From the human T2T-CHM13v2.0 reference genome, Homo sapiens, in assembly GCF_009914755.1 (NCBI RefSeq), contig NC_060925.1: DNA of 64,000 nucleotides. One strand, written 5' to 3'. The notes under the pieces were generated by a model. It saw only the letters and a program-made list of their open reading frames with translations, had not been told where the DNA came from and ran no database searches. The translations under genes were made by a program, and so were the position numbers. Shown here in pieces: positions 51,699 to 64,000 of the stretch (positions within the stretch are counted from its first letter, which is position 1; the number at the start of each line of letters is the position of its first letter).

Positions 51699-54475
51699 TG
51701 TGATGAGAATTTTTAAGAAAAGCCATTTTATCAAATATTTCATTTAACTAAAACACCTTTAATTCAGAAAGCATTATATCTATTCTAAAAGTGTTTATAT
51801 GGATTAAATAGACATAAACAATTGGCAGAGGAAAAAACATAGTACTCACTAACAATAGTATTTGTAGAAATTTTGAAGCCATGGTTAAAAAAAGAGAAAT
51901 TTGAGGGAAAATGTAAATACATGCAGTAATAATGCTTTCTTAGCAAAATTCGCATCTTTAGTCTCCTGTCACCTTATTGCTTTGTAAAGAAACATCTTGA
52001 TCCCAGTCATAAAAGTCATTTAGACTTATAAACTCATTAATGTTTACTAGCAGTTGCAATCTGATTTCTTCTCCTAAACTACTTTAAAAATAGTCTAAGG
52101 AAAAAAGCTTTTAAAAACCAACATCAGCTTTATCTCTTACACCTCACGTAATACTTACAAATCTTATTAATAAAGCACTCAGGACAATCTGATACACTAC
52201 AAAATTTAAAATAATACAGAATTGTTTCAAATAATAATTGCATCCTTCTATAAAATTTGCCTTAGAATAGTTTTAATTTTTATTATAAATGCAGCCATAG
52301 TTGTTGATCTTTAAGCAATCTTGACTCTCTTTGTTTTTGCCACTTTATAAAATGTAGACAAATCTGATAGCCAAGGTAAATACCAGAATTAGGGTAAAGC
52401 AAAGATAGTTTTGTTTTTTTGTACTTTACATCCTCCAGATTGTCAAACAGGCAACATACACACATTCAATTTCAGAAGAATGAGAGAGAGAAGTAACAAA
52501 AGAAAAAAAACTCCAGACCCAATGATTATTACTCCAAGAATATAGATCTTTGTCTAAGCAATCTTCTTCAGAATATTAGTAGTTATAGAACTCTCAGTAT
52601 ATTTTTATCATCTTCACAAAGTTATTTTTCTGTAAACTAAAGGTTTGCCTAAATTGAGATAAGCTCCTTTAAATTTTAATTTATTTTTTAGTTGGGTATG
52701 AGCATTTACAGTGACAGAAGAAGTTCTGGTTTTGGCAACTTTGGAAGTAGCTCCCCAACTTTGGGACATGTACGTGTTGTCTGTATGATGACTCAGCTGT
52801 GGTCTGGTGCTATTATCACATAATGTTCTATCTTTGAATATTGGAAACAAGAAATTTGCAACAGCTCAACCTAGCAAATTTCTTCTGATTTTGTTTTCAT
52901 CTTTCCTTTCAACAAAAATTAACTTAAATTTCCTAAAACAGCCTTCAGGTCTTTTTTTAATCTTGATCATCTACTAAGGCTCTTGGGCCCTGGGAATGTC
53001 TGAGAAGGTGCACTCAGTAATTCATGTGTAGGAATAGTTGAAAAAGTTATCTTCAGGCCTTTCGGGAGTTCTGTAGTTGGATGTAGGTGACAGCTTTATC
53101 AACTACAGTATTCAGTGAACATCAGGGAAGCTTAAAACCCCTGATTATAGCTGCTTTTTTAACGGCTTCGTTTTTCTTCTGTACTCCAGAAAGAAATGAT
53201 TCTACTCACAGAATTTTACAGTTGTGTGTGGTTTTTTTGGTTGCTTTAATGCTTTGTATTATTTTGTTTTTACTAAGAAGTTTTTACATGTAAAGCAAGT
53301 GTAATTGTATTTACATTGAACTTTGAAAGATTTTCTTCCTCATAATGTAAAGAAAAGGTAAATAAGATCAACTGCATACCTATGCTATTATTTTGCTATG
53401 TAGTTTATTATGACGGCCCATGCTGCTTTCATATTATTTGAATTTTATTGCCCCTGCTTTCTCTAGGACTTTATTAACTTTGATATAGTGCATCTATACT
53501 CATCCATGTAAATGATTTTGAAGAACAAAACAATTGACAGATTTTGCTTTACAATATCTGTGATTTTTGTTTCATACCTTTGTCCATCTTTCAATCTTTG
53601 TAAACAGACCTAGTTCTTTATTGCATAGACCTTATAATCCCTTAATACCCTGATTCTAAACTGAATGAGCTTTAAAAGTGCCTGTTAAACAAATAGTATA
53701 AAGGATACAATAATTTAAAATTTCTTTACAGTTACAAGTTTTTAGGTGATGGAAGTAGAATTCCTAAAATATAGATTACTCTTGTGTCATTTTCCCCCTA
53801 ATCTTTAAGTGTTATCTTCTTATAAATGAAACCACGGGGGTTTTTCTTGTGATTATAGTATTTCATTATTTGAGTATGTAAACATGATGATGATGGTGTT
53901 ACAGAATTAACAGTAGCAGAGGAATCGCTCTGAGTCAAAAACAGCCTTCATCATGATCAATAGCACAATTGTTTTATGTCTGTAAGGCATTTCTCATAGG
54001 ACTATATTTGGTCATCCTGGTAGCTTTTGGAAACACATGTTTTGTCTCACAGTATTTGTAGACCACTGTTGGTGGTGGGGTGAGCATCATCAACACTATC
54101 TTAACCCATACCCTTCCAGCCTCATCAAATTAGAAGTGAATGATTGGCAGTGGAGAGAGGTTTTCAGTGAAACCATTCTTGATAATGTAGGGCTGGAAAA
54201 ATTCACAGGTACGTTACCATGGTAACAGTGTTTTCATCGTGATGACCTGATTTACTAAGAAAAAGTCTTCAAATAAGTCTATGACATGATTAAATAAGAG
54301 ATTTAAGGAAAGGGAAAAGACAAAAACAAAACACCTGAAAGACATTCCAGTCAAGCCCAGTGCTTCTATAATAGACGCCCCAAGGTATGGTGAGAATTAT
54401 TTCTGATTCAACACTTTCATTCCCTCACCTGTTAAAGTAGTAAACCTTTAAAAGAAAGCTTTTAAATTAAAATTT

Positions 54476-54725
54476 TCAGCTACTTGGGAGGCTGAGGCGG
54501 GACCATCGCTTAAAGCCAGGAATTTGAGATAAGCCTGGGAAACATAACAAAACCCCATCTCTAAAAAAAAAAAAAAAGGCAAAATTAGCTGGGCGTGGCA
54601 TGTAGTTACAGCTATATGGGAGGATCCCTTGAGTTCAGGGGTTCGAGACTGCAGTGAGCTATGATCACGCCACTGCACTTCAGCCTGGATGACAGGGCAA
54701 GACTCTGTCTCTAAAAACAAAAATA
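54476..54725 (+). mobile_element. 5'-truncated AluJ with small internal deletions
   Basis: cagctacttgggaggctgaggcggg...gttcgagactgcagtgagctatgatcacgccactgcac. Confidence 0.9.
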
Positions 54726-55919
54726 ATAATAGTAGTTATAAAAATATGTTTTAAATAACTTAAAACTTTATATAACAGCCTGTTTCTTAAATACCATGCA
54801 AATAATTTCGGAGAAAGTAAGTTATGGTAATTTTTATAAATGACTTCACATTTACAATGCTGGTGTTTTTATTGGTTAAATTAGATTTCTCAATAGCTAT
54901 TTTTAAAAACTGCAATAGGAAGGACTGTCTATTGTATTTTTTAGAAACAAGCTGGTTTCTACAATATTATTCACGTTTTTTAAACAGCATCATTGAACCT
55001 GCACATAAAAGGTTAAATGTTTGCAGACCATTCTTTTTTGCCTCAAAGATCAGAGACAAATTACTATTTTTATTTTACATTTCCTTGATGAGGATAATGA
55101 TAAACAGCTGTCATTTCAGTGCTTCAACTGCAAAGAACCTTATTGCAATCCTATAATTTAAACAAAGAAAAAATATAGTCATACACAATATACATACAGA
55201 AAAGAGCACAATGGAGAATTTGGTTAGAACTGGGGTTAGAGAAAAGGAAGTGTTGCTCTCTGCAATTACTCACGTAAAAGAAAAATTCCATTTATATGCA
55301 TTTTTCCCGTTCATCTTAGACATTGGTAGAAGGGGCAGTTTACTGCTTCTTTTTTTCTAAAATGAGGAAATAAATCAAATTTGCATACTGAACTCTGTGA
55401 CTCCCCATCATGTCCACTGTATTATCAGAATAGTTAAGATTTGCATGTCACTACATGTCTGCAAGTATTTCCAAAAGCTAAGAAGAATTTCAAATTGTTT
55501 TACTGATTATTTACTAAAGCCTCTCAATTTTTTTTAATGCTAAGAATTAAACCAGAGTTCTCTATTCACTCTGACACTTTGTTTTCTAATTGCATCTGGT
55601 TTCAAAAAGTGAAAGTCAGTGTCTTTTGCTTATTTTGATATGCAAAAAAGTGAAGCATGGTTACATGTTAAGAAAGCTGTAAAATGGGGAAATTTAGTGT
55701 TTCTATATGAAAATGTGGATGCTAATATAATTTTCCTGGTGTTTCATATTCCTAGAGGTGAATGTAACAAGTTATTTATTCTGCTTTTCTCCTTTAGCTC
55801 AATTATTTATTTTTTATAACTATCAGTACTTTAAGGAATTTTTCTAGAAACTCTCTTTATGTTCTGGTTTCTTAATACCTAAGGAAAAAATTGACTTAAA
55901 ATAATATTTATCTAACATT

Positions 55920-56070
55920 TATTGAACAAATTTCAGTTCTCAGAGCTTTGAATATATTCTTATATGGGTTGACAATAACGATGATACCCCTGTCCTAAGG
56001 TTGTGCTACAGATCTATATAAAGTACATAGCACAGTACCTGGAATACAATATTTGCTCAATAAATGTTCC
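55920..56070 (+). mobile_element. MIR
   Basis: tagcacagtacctggaatacaatatttgctcaataaatgtt. Confidence 0.65.
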
Positions 56071-56266
56071 TGGGAAGTGGTAGTAGGTTTATGCTGAAAT
56101 GCCATTACCTGGTACTGCTAAACACAACAGCAAAATCTAAAATCCAAGAATGTTTTAGATCAGAGAGACAAATGGAATTGTGTTGTATTCCTAATGGAGG
56201 CTTATATTTCTTTATATAGAAGATGTTTTCTTCAGAAAGCTGTAGGTCATCATCTGCTCTCATTGA

Positions 56267-56271
56267 TATAT

Positions 56272-56304
<33 letters not shown>
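56267..56304. repeat. (TA)n microsatellite
   Basis: Direct reading. Confidence 0.95.
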
Positions 56305-56306
<2 letters not shown>

Positions 56307-57741
56307 CATAATCACTTTATCATCCTCATTATCATCAAGTTGTAGTAGCTCCTAACTCCTCAACTTGGAATTTCTCTGGTCTGTGCTTTCTCTTACAAGT
56401 AGGCTTTCCTGGAGGCCCTAAATGCACTGGAGCCTCAGAAATGTCCTCATACTGTAGTCCCAAATCATGAGGTCATGCTCTCAGGACTGGGAAATGAGTT
56501 GAGCATGCATTATTTTAATGTGTTTTTTAGAACAATAGACATTTCTGAGTGACAGAAGCCTATATAAATGATTAGAACCAATTCTATCAATATTGTTGAT
56601 TTTGTGGCCCATCAATATGCTTTTCACACAAGCATATTGATTCAAAGGAAAGGCTTATCATTTAATATCCAGTAAAGCTATTTAGCACAGTGCTATGCCT
56701 AGAACTGATTGGATGATTGAAAATCAAAGTATGTACATTTCCAAAGAAAAGCACTTCGTGTCTACATGGAAGCAATAAATTATTTCCCCATTTTACATTC
56801 ATAATTAAATCTTTCCAAATGCTAGAAAGTAGCCAGACCACTAACAATAATACCTGTGTCATGTTCTGGGGCTTAGATGGTTCAAGCTGACTTGAAATGG
56901 AGACCATTTGTTCTAAATTGATTTCAATGCCAAGCCAATAGGTCAGCCCTTAATGATGAAGAAGCCATTCCAGCTCAGCCTCTGGTGGATAAGCCAACAT
57001 TAATTAACTCAAGTCTCATAGTATAGGAAACAGATGCTTTTCTCATGTTGCACAAATAAATTCTTTGTGTATAGATGTGTTCTGTTTTATTCAAAGAATA
57101 ACAAGTTGGAAGTAATAATTGTAAGTTTTTCACAATGGAGCCAGTCTTTAGTAGTGATGACAGAAGCATGAATTTACGTAACAAATTCCAGCAAGTGCAT
57201 GGAAGAATAAATTATCTTCTATATCTCTTATTTTGGCTTCAGGCCAGCCCTACAAAATTTAGCTTTGAATGTGGGAGGATCCAAATGCTGATCCATCCCA
57301 GAGCAGACCTAGAAGTGCCAGAACAATACCAAGGTTATTTCTAATCTATAGCTTCCCTGGAGACTCCTCTCAGAGGTTTACATTTGCATCATATGTTTGG
57401 ATTCAATTCTTTGGCCAGCTTGCAAATGGCTTAAGATTAGATTGTTCTCTGGAGGTATGTTGTTAGGTACACTGTTTATTTGGTTATTCATCTCAACCTT
57501 CATTCAGAATTAGAATACTTACTTGCTTTCCCTAGAATGTGGCAGGCTAAAAATTGAGTAATAACGGCAGGTTCCCCCATCTCCTTTCAGAACCAGTGGA
57601 TGCATAAGATAAAAATGTTACCATCTACTGATATAAACTCCAACTATGCTAATCAGAAGTTGATAATCTGATAACGACTGACATTTTATTTTCTTCTGAG
57701 TGAATATGAGATAATCCATGGTTTGTTTTCTCTTCTTTTAG

Positions 57742-57906
57742 GCTGAAAATGATGAGAATGGACAAGCAGAAAACTTTTCCATGGACCCACAATTGGAGAG
57801 GCAAGTGGAGACCATTCGCAACCTCGTAGACTCCTACATGTCCATTATCAACAAATGTATCCGAGATCTAATTCCAAAAACAATAATGCACCTTATGATC
57901 AATAAC
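57742..57906 (+). CDS. DNM3: Dynamin-3 internal coding exon (PH-GED linker and start of GED), 55 aa
   Basis: Acceptor ttgttttctcttcttttAG|GCT and donor AAC|GTAAGT. 165 nt, open, translating to [75 protein letters not shown] is the classical-dynamin signature, and the [12 protein letters not shown] linker is the DNM3 form. Confidence 0.97.
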
Positions 57907-58809
57907 GTAAGTGATTATAAACTACCTCCATTTAACTTCTAACCCATCCGAGTGTGGAAGTTGCACATATTATCTTCAGCTTCTTTGTGTATTTTCTGGA
58001 TAGTTCAAATAATATTACCCAGGTTCATCATTTTCCATTAGACGTGATATGTGACTGACCAGTGAAAGAGAACTTAGGGAAGAAAACTTAAAACTTCTAG
58101 CTATAGGACTGAGGTATTCCCCATTGGCTGTCTTCTAGAAGAGTGTGAGTTTGCTCACAATAAAGCAAAACAAAAACACCATAATCCTGGGCATCATGTA
58201 AATTAATTGCAAAACCAGCAAAGAAACCAGATGCCCTGGCTCCTAGACTTTGAGACTAAAGGCAAAGGATATATTTGTTCCTATGCCCATGCGTGTGCAT
58301 GCATGTGCACACACATATATAAAATATGTTAATATGATTATTTTCAGCTTCTAAAATCTATGGAATGCTATTTTAACCTGGGAAAGGGCTTCTTGCTTTA
58401 TTCCCTCGGATTAAAAACTCAGTGAATTTTATTTTTCTAAGGTAAGGATGCTATAACCTCAAATCTGAAAATCCTGCTTGACTAGCCATCAATGGGTCTA
58501 AATAACCTTTTCAAGGTTATTTATAGTAGTCAGAGTATGATACTTAAATTATGTTTGATTTAGTTCTTTTGGTAGTTAACTTTTTACAGTACAAATAATA
58601 CCACAAGTTATTTGAGAAATAGTCTTTTAGATAAGATAGGTTATAATGAGGTGTTTTATAGGGGGCTTTTCTGAATCTTGACAAGTGAGACACCAATAAT
58701 TTTATTCCTAGTTATCTTCTAAGGACATCTTTTTATTTAATCCAATGATAAATTATGAGCATTACTTGTAAGAAATTAAAATTAGATGGCAAAGTACTAA
58801 AAAGAGCCC

Positions 58810-58995
58810 CAAAGTAGAATTTAGGAGAACTCTGGGTTCTAAATCTGGTTCTGCTACAGACTCTGTTGACCTAAGGTGAGTCTCTTTCATGTGTCTGTTT
58901 CCTCCATATGTAAAATACTAATTGTAGTAAGTGTATCTGACTTAGGGATTTGTTCCAGAAGATGGTACAAATGAAAGTACTGTGAAAAATATAAT
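58810..58995 (+). mobile_element. MIR
   Basis: ctgggttctaaatctggttctgctac...tgtttcctccatatgtaaaat. Confidence 0.65.
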
Positions 58996-59699
58996 TGTAA
59001 GAAATTAATATGGCTGCCTATTTAAGAACTGTAAATAGCCCTTGTTCATATTTCATGGTTAATTTCAAAATTTTATTTCTAAATACGACAGTCCGTTCAT
59101 TGTCCATGATCTCTGCATTCCTTGACTGTAAGCAACCCCAAGCACTCATGTGAACAATCTTATTTTTAACTAACACTATTTTCATACACGTATGTATTCA
59201 AACAAGGTTAGCTGGATGCTTTGAAGAATCAGCAACAGGTAAGCAATAAATTAGAAATGTGGGAACTATGAATTGTATTCTTTTGACCAATGGCTTTCTG
59301 TGTAACCTAAAGCAAATCATTTCGCCCCTTTGAGTTGAAGTCAGTTTCTTCTAAAACTACAGTGAGGTACCTCACAGAGCCATCAGAGATTATAATAAAA
59401 GTGGCTATAAGCCATTTAGAAAAATATAAAGTACTAAACAAATAGTCTGTGTATTTTTAAAATTACCTTCTTCATTTACTTAAATGAATTCAGGTTGTTT
59501 TGCTGTGGTATATCCAGGCACTTGCTTATTTAAACATTTTCCTGATTAAGGATCATTTATCTTTTCACTGTTTCACCGAGAGTCATTAGTGCTGCCATCA
59601 GTTCAAACGCTGCTTTGCTCTGCACTATATTAAATCATCAGCACAGGAAATAGCACTTCCTGCCTATAGCTGTGAGGAGTAGCTTGACACAAATTAGCT

Positions 59700-59835
59700 A
59701 AAAGGAAAAAAAAAAAAAACAAAAAACCCCTATTGCAAATCTATCCTACTTTCACCTTCTCAAGAAAAACATACACACATGCACACACATGTGCGCACAC
59801 ACACACACACACACTGAAAGAAAGAAAGAAAGAAA
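59700..59835. repeat. A-tract, (CA)n and (GAAA)n cluster
   Basis: Direct reading. Confidence 0.9.
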
Positions 59836-61174
59836 TGCAGGGGTAGTTTCCCTCACTCTTCACTGGTGTGTTTTCTTGTTTTAATGAAATGGCTAAACCT
59901 CCACCTACAGGATATTATCCTCGGAGGTAAAGTTCTGATAGTTGTCTTGAGAGAGACCTCACATAAGAGTCGTGAGAAAGGAGACTTCAATTAAGATCTG
60001 ATCACCAAGGTCAAATCTTGAAGTAAAAACTAATAGGAATGTGGAGAAGGCGAAAGTATCATGTAGTGCTGAATTCTTATGAAATTGTGGCTTTGTTTGA
60101 AATTTAACTTTTTGTATCTACCAGAAGTTAGTTTTACATATCTAGAATGACTGCTTTTCTTGGGTATTATTTTATGTGCTTTTTAAACATATATAAAAAG
60201 GTATAGTTTTATATATAATACATATATTTTAAAATTATATATGTATAATTCTATATATGAAAAATATATATCTCTTTTATTAATGTAGTCATATTGTCGT
60301 GGCATCTTATTGTACAGAATGCCCAAGCCTATTTTGTTCATTCCACACGTGACCTGTTGAGTCCAAGGAAACTGAAACAGTGAACACCCAGCACTGTGCC
60401 ATCTAGATGTATTGATTTTTTAACTTGATTCAAAGTGAAGAGATCTTCAAATGAAAGAACTAATAATAAAATCACAACGAGAAAACTAGTCTTTTGACTC
60501 CTAATTCTAAATTCTATTCACTTAACCCTGCTGCATCTTTAAATGAGTTTGGATCAAAAAGCTAATTGTTCCTCCAGAATCAATAAATGCCTAAAACACG
60601 GTCCTCTATTTCTTCCTGGTCTATCAAAAGCGGCGTTCTGGCCTTTCCTCTTTGAAATGGGAATGAAAAAGAATATGTTTCGGCCTTCTGAAAAAGAATA
60701 TGTTTCAGCCAACATTCATAAAGTTCAGAATTTGGTGGGCAGTTTCCTTTGAAAGTTTACATTAAGTGTTCTGCCACTCAAATCTCCATATGGAATTGTT
60801 TAAGAAGTTTAAAGCCTAGCAATAAATGCCTTGCCTCAGACATACTGTAAGCCTTTGTCTATTGAAATGCAGCAGCTGTTTCATTACTTAAACATACCAG
60901 GTAACAGCAGCACAAAGAAATAGCAAGTTTATGACAGACGGTCTTTCTGGACAGGCTACAGTCAAAGCAGCAGAGTTTTGCTCAGGACTTTAAAGCTAAC
61001 ACACACATAACACCCCATGGTAAGCCCATTTGGATGGCCTCTTCTCTGTAGCTCACCCCACCAGAAGTTCTCCATCAAAGAATGAAGTGGATCCAGCTTT
61101 ATTCTAAAAATGTGTTCGGTGTGGCAAAGTGGCACATAATTCTGTTTGAACCTGTCAGCCAACCACATGTTGGA

Positions 61175-61312
61175 TACCCATTATTTTCCACAGCTTATAA
61201 ATGAAGAAATTGAGGTTCTGAGACATTGACTTGCCCAAGATCACACAGCTGGGGGTGGCAGAGTTAAGACTGAAATCCAGGTCTTCTCACTCATAGTCTG
61301 ATGTTCTCACCA
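61175..61312 (-). mobile_element. MIR
   Basis: atgaagaaattgaggttctgaga...gacttgcccaagatcacacagct. Confidence 0.8.
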
Positions 61313-61864
61313 TTTGAACATTGGATAATGCACGTGACAGGGTTAGGAAACTCTAAGTCAGCCCTCTCCAACTAGAGGACTCCTACCCCCCCAGGGTATT
61401 CATGAGTTATTTTCCCAGACAGTTAATTTTACTTGAAGATTTAATTAGGATTTGTTTGAAGGTGAGAAGCAATGTTTGAAATCTTTCTCATATTTAAGCA
61501 AACCCAGATAATACAAAAGAGAATGTAAACGTTCTTAGGAATTTTTAAAAAAACCAAATTTGAAACATAGAGCCATTTCACACTGGAGTGTGTGCTGTAG
61601 CCTGCGCCCCTGGACCCCTCTGGAGGTCCACATTTACTCTCCTTGGCCATTGGCATTTTGGTGGAAAATTAGTAACATGTGCCCTAGTTTCAAAACTTAC
61701 TGTAACTTTAATGCGTATGAAGTAAAGTGTTATTTTAAATGTTCATTATTTTAGGGGAAAGTACATCTTAAATACCAGAGCTTTATCCTGGCATTTAAAG
61801 CACTGATTTGTTTCCACCAGCCAGGAATTCAGCACACTGCTCAAGAAAAAGATCACGACTAGGA

Positions 61865-62045
61865 CTCCCTAAGTCCCACTCTCTTCTCCCCTGCCCCCAC
61901 CTCCCATCATTGCTCCCCGCCAAGGCTAACACTCTTCTGCTTTCTTAAATTGTAGATTAGTTTTGCCTGTTTTTGCACTTGGGAATCATATACTATACGC
62001 CTTTTGTGTCTAACTTCTTTTCCTTAACATTACATTTGTGAGTCA
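61865..62045 (-). mobile_element. Old L1 (L1ME/MD) 3' fragment
   Basis: aacactcttctgctttct...tagattagttttgcctgttttt...ggaatcatatactat...ttttgtgtctaacttctttcc. Confidence 0.7.
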
Positions 62046-63099
62046 AAGGATGTTACTTTTTAAAGCAGGAAAACTTCCTTGGTCTTTAGCAGAATTAAAT
62101 CCCTGGGAAAAGGAAAGGAGGACTAAGCAGATGTGAGAGAATTGTGAGATCTCAAAGATCACAAAATTCTAACCAAGCCCCCTCCCCAAAACTAAACAAA
62201 ATTAAACTTCTCAATTGAATTTTAATACATGTATTGTGTGAATGAGAGGCATCACCGTGTTCCGTACTGTGACCCTCCAATTCTAGAAACAAAGAGATTT
62301 TAAGGAAATGGTCTCCTTGGTAACTGAACTGTAGGAAACTGTAGGAAAACCCTAGAAATGTCTCTTCTATTTGTGAAGGGTTTAAAATGGTCTCAGTCAT
62401 AGAAAAGAAGGTTTAAGATCCAAACATATTACGGGTTGCTAGAGAAGGGTTAAAGTAAGAGAGGAAAACATGTGGAACATTTTTAATGACCTCACATTCC
62501 TTTACACTGAGCAGAGCGACATGGTGCAGTAATGCCTGTTTATCTAGCCTAGAGAGTTTGAGCTGGAATGAAGTTTCATGTGTGAGAACTTTTACAAACC
62601 ATACAGAGATGTATAGGTTATAAGGTGTTATAATTAAAAACATAAATATTATTTCAGATCTCAAATTTAAGTATAATCACTTTGTTATGTTAGGTGAAGT
62701 ATTTTCTAAATGCTATCATCTAAAAGGGATTCACTTGACCCCTGATTGTCATGCAGAATTCTTGATTTAAATATTTGTACCAGATTTAAATGTCTGTATA
62801 CCACTGGCATACAGACTTCCCAGAAAGTCCCTGAAGTGTCTGGAAACTCCCGGAAGTCCCCCTACCTTCATTCCAAACTCCAATTTTAGTGTTACAAAGC
62901 TAGGTTAGCAGAAGGAGAGAAGAGTATCTCTAAAATTTTGCTTAAATGCAAAATAAAAAATGTTAACCTCTATGCCCTATTTAACTATGTCGCTTGATAC
63001 CTGTACTGTTGCAACAGCTGTCTATTGTTCTCCTGTCTCGATGTACCTAATGCCAATGTAGCCTATAGACAGTAAAAATCACAGCATTTTTTGGAAGGG

Positions 63100-63300
63100 G
63101 CACTAACTGTGTGCTGGGCATCATGCTAGACAACTTGTATTCATTCCTTCCTTTAATCCTCACAATACTTGAGGTAGCTCTACCCTCATTTCACAGATGA
63201 GGAACCTGAGACTCAAACAGTTTACATTATTTGCCCAAGAACAGTAAGTGTTAGAACTAGAACTTAAATCCACAGCCTATGCTCTGAATCCACTGTATTG
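63100..63300 (-). mobile_element. MIR
   Basis: ctcatttcacagatgaggaacctgagactca...tttgcccaag. Confidence 0.8.
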
Positions 63301-63689
63301 CACAGTAGGCAAGTTCCAGTGTGTCATAATTGCTGTGGAAGATTCAAGGCACATCTTTGGTCAGAATGCTGAAACAGGCCCTTATTTTGCTTCATGGTTT
63401 GACAGTTGATTCTTAATTCAGCTCTGCTTTAAATCTATTCTTGGAAGAATCTTCTTTTAAATTGTATTTAATAGATTCTAAGTGATATTCCAGTAATATG
63501 TAAAGTTTCTAAAGAGCTTAACCCAACCAATGGTCAATGCCAGGAAAATTGTCTGGTTTTGAGTTTTGAATTGCACCATGCATCCAACTGCATATACACA
63601 CCCAACAGTGGGAGATTTGTGCAAATATCCATGATTCCCTGCATACCTGCAAGTACATTTAGAAGTGAATGCGTCTGTAAGGAAGGGAA

Positions 63690-64000
63690 TGAAATATTCC
63701 TAAAGCCAAATTTGCTGCCTTCCCTCTAAATCTGACTTTCTTTTCTGATGTTTGAGTTTCTATTCTCCTACTCATCCAAATGTCAATGCTTGAGATGTCT
63801 TTGGTTGTTCCTTTCTTCCTTGCCCTTCACATCCCAACAGCACCAAGTTCAGTTCATTATTCCCTTATAATGTCATTGTATGTATCCATTTTTTATACTA
63901 CTGCGTTATTAAATGAAACATTTACCATCTTATGAACGATCTACAATAGCCTTCTAACAGATTTCTTTATTTTCACTACCACCCTTGCAAAGTCTTTTTC
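63690..64000 (+). mobile_element. L2 fragment (runs off the window end)
   Basis: ttcacatcccaacagcaccaagttcagttcattattccctt...ctacaatagccttctaacag. Confidence 0.6.

Overview
Primate genomic DNA (human or a close hominid), AT-rich and CpG-poor, lying within the dynamin-3 gene (DNM3, + strand). I can support only 177 coding nt. One piece is a 12-nt frame-preserving microexon (2019-2030, GNNK). The other is the 165-nt exon entering the GTPase effector domain (57742-57906, [55 protein letters not shown]). They are separated by a 55,711-nt intron. The supplied ORF track contains neither exon, and its ORFs are chance or transposon-derived. The rest is intron dense in interspersed repeats (L1, L2, CR1/L3, Alu, MIR, MaLR/ERV LTRs, hAT and Tigger relics) and microsatellites. 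I found no evidence of a new multi-gene system. The most notable items are: the SRRM4/RBFOX-type architecture around the microexon; a full-length U6 snRNA fused directly to L1 ORF1; an old L1 3' end terminating in a SNORD112-like sequence; a twin-primed (5'-inverted) L1; a 22-bp micro-inversion; a sense-strand (TTTTA)17 Alu-tail repeat; a strong sense-orientation bias of L1s; and compact STAT/NF-kB/ETS and AP-1/STAT/TEAD motif clusters. Repeat family names come from recalled consensus sequences, not a search. Boundaries of old elements are approximate.
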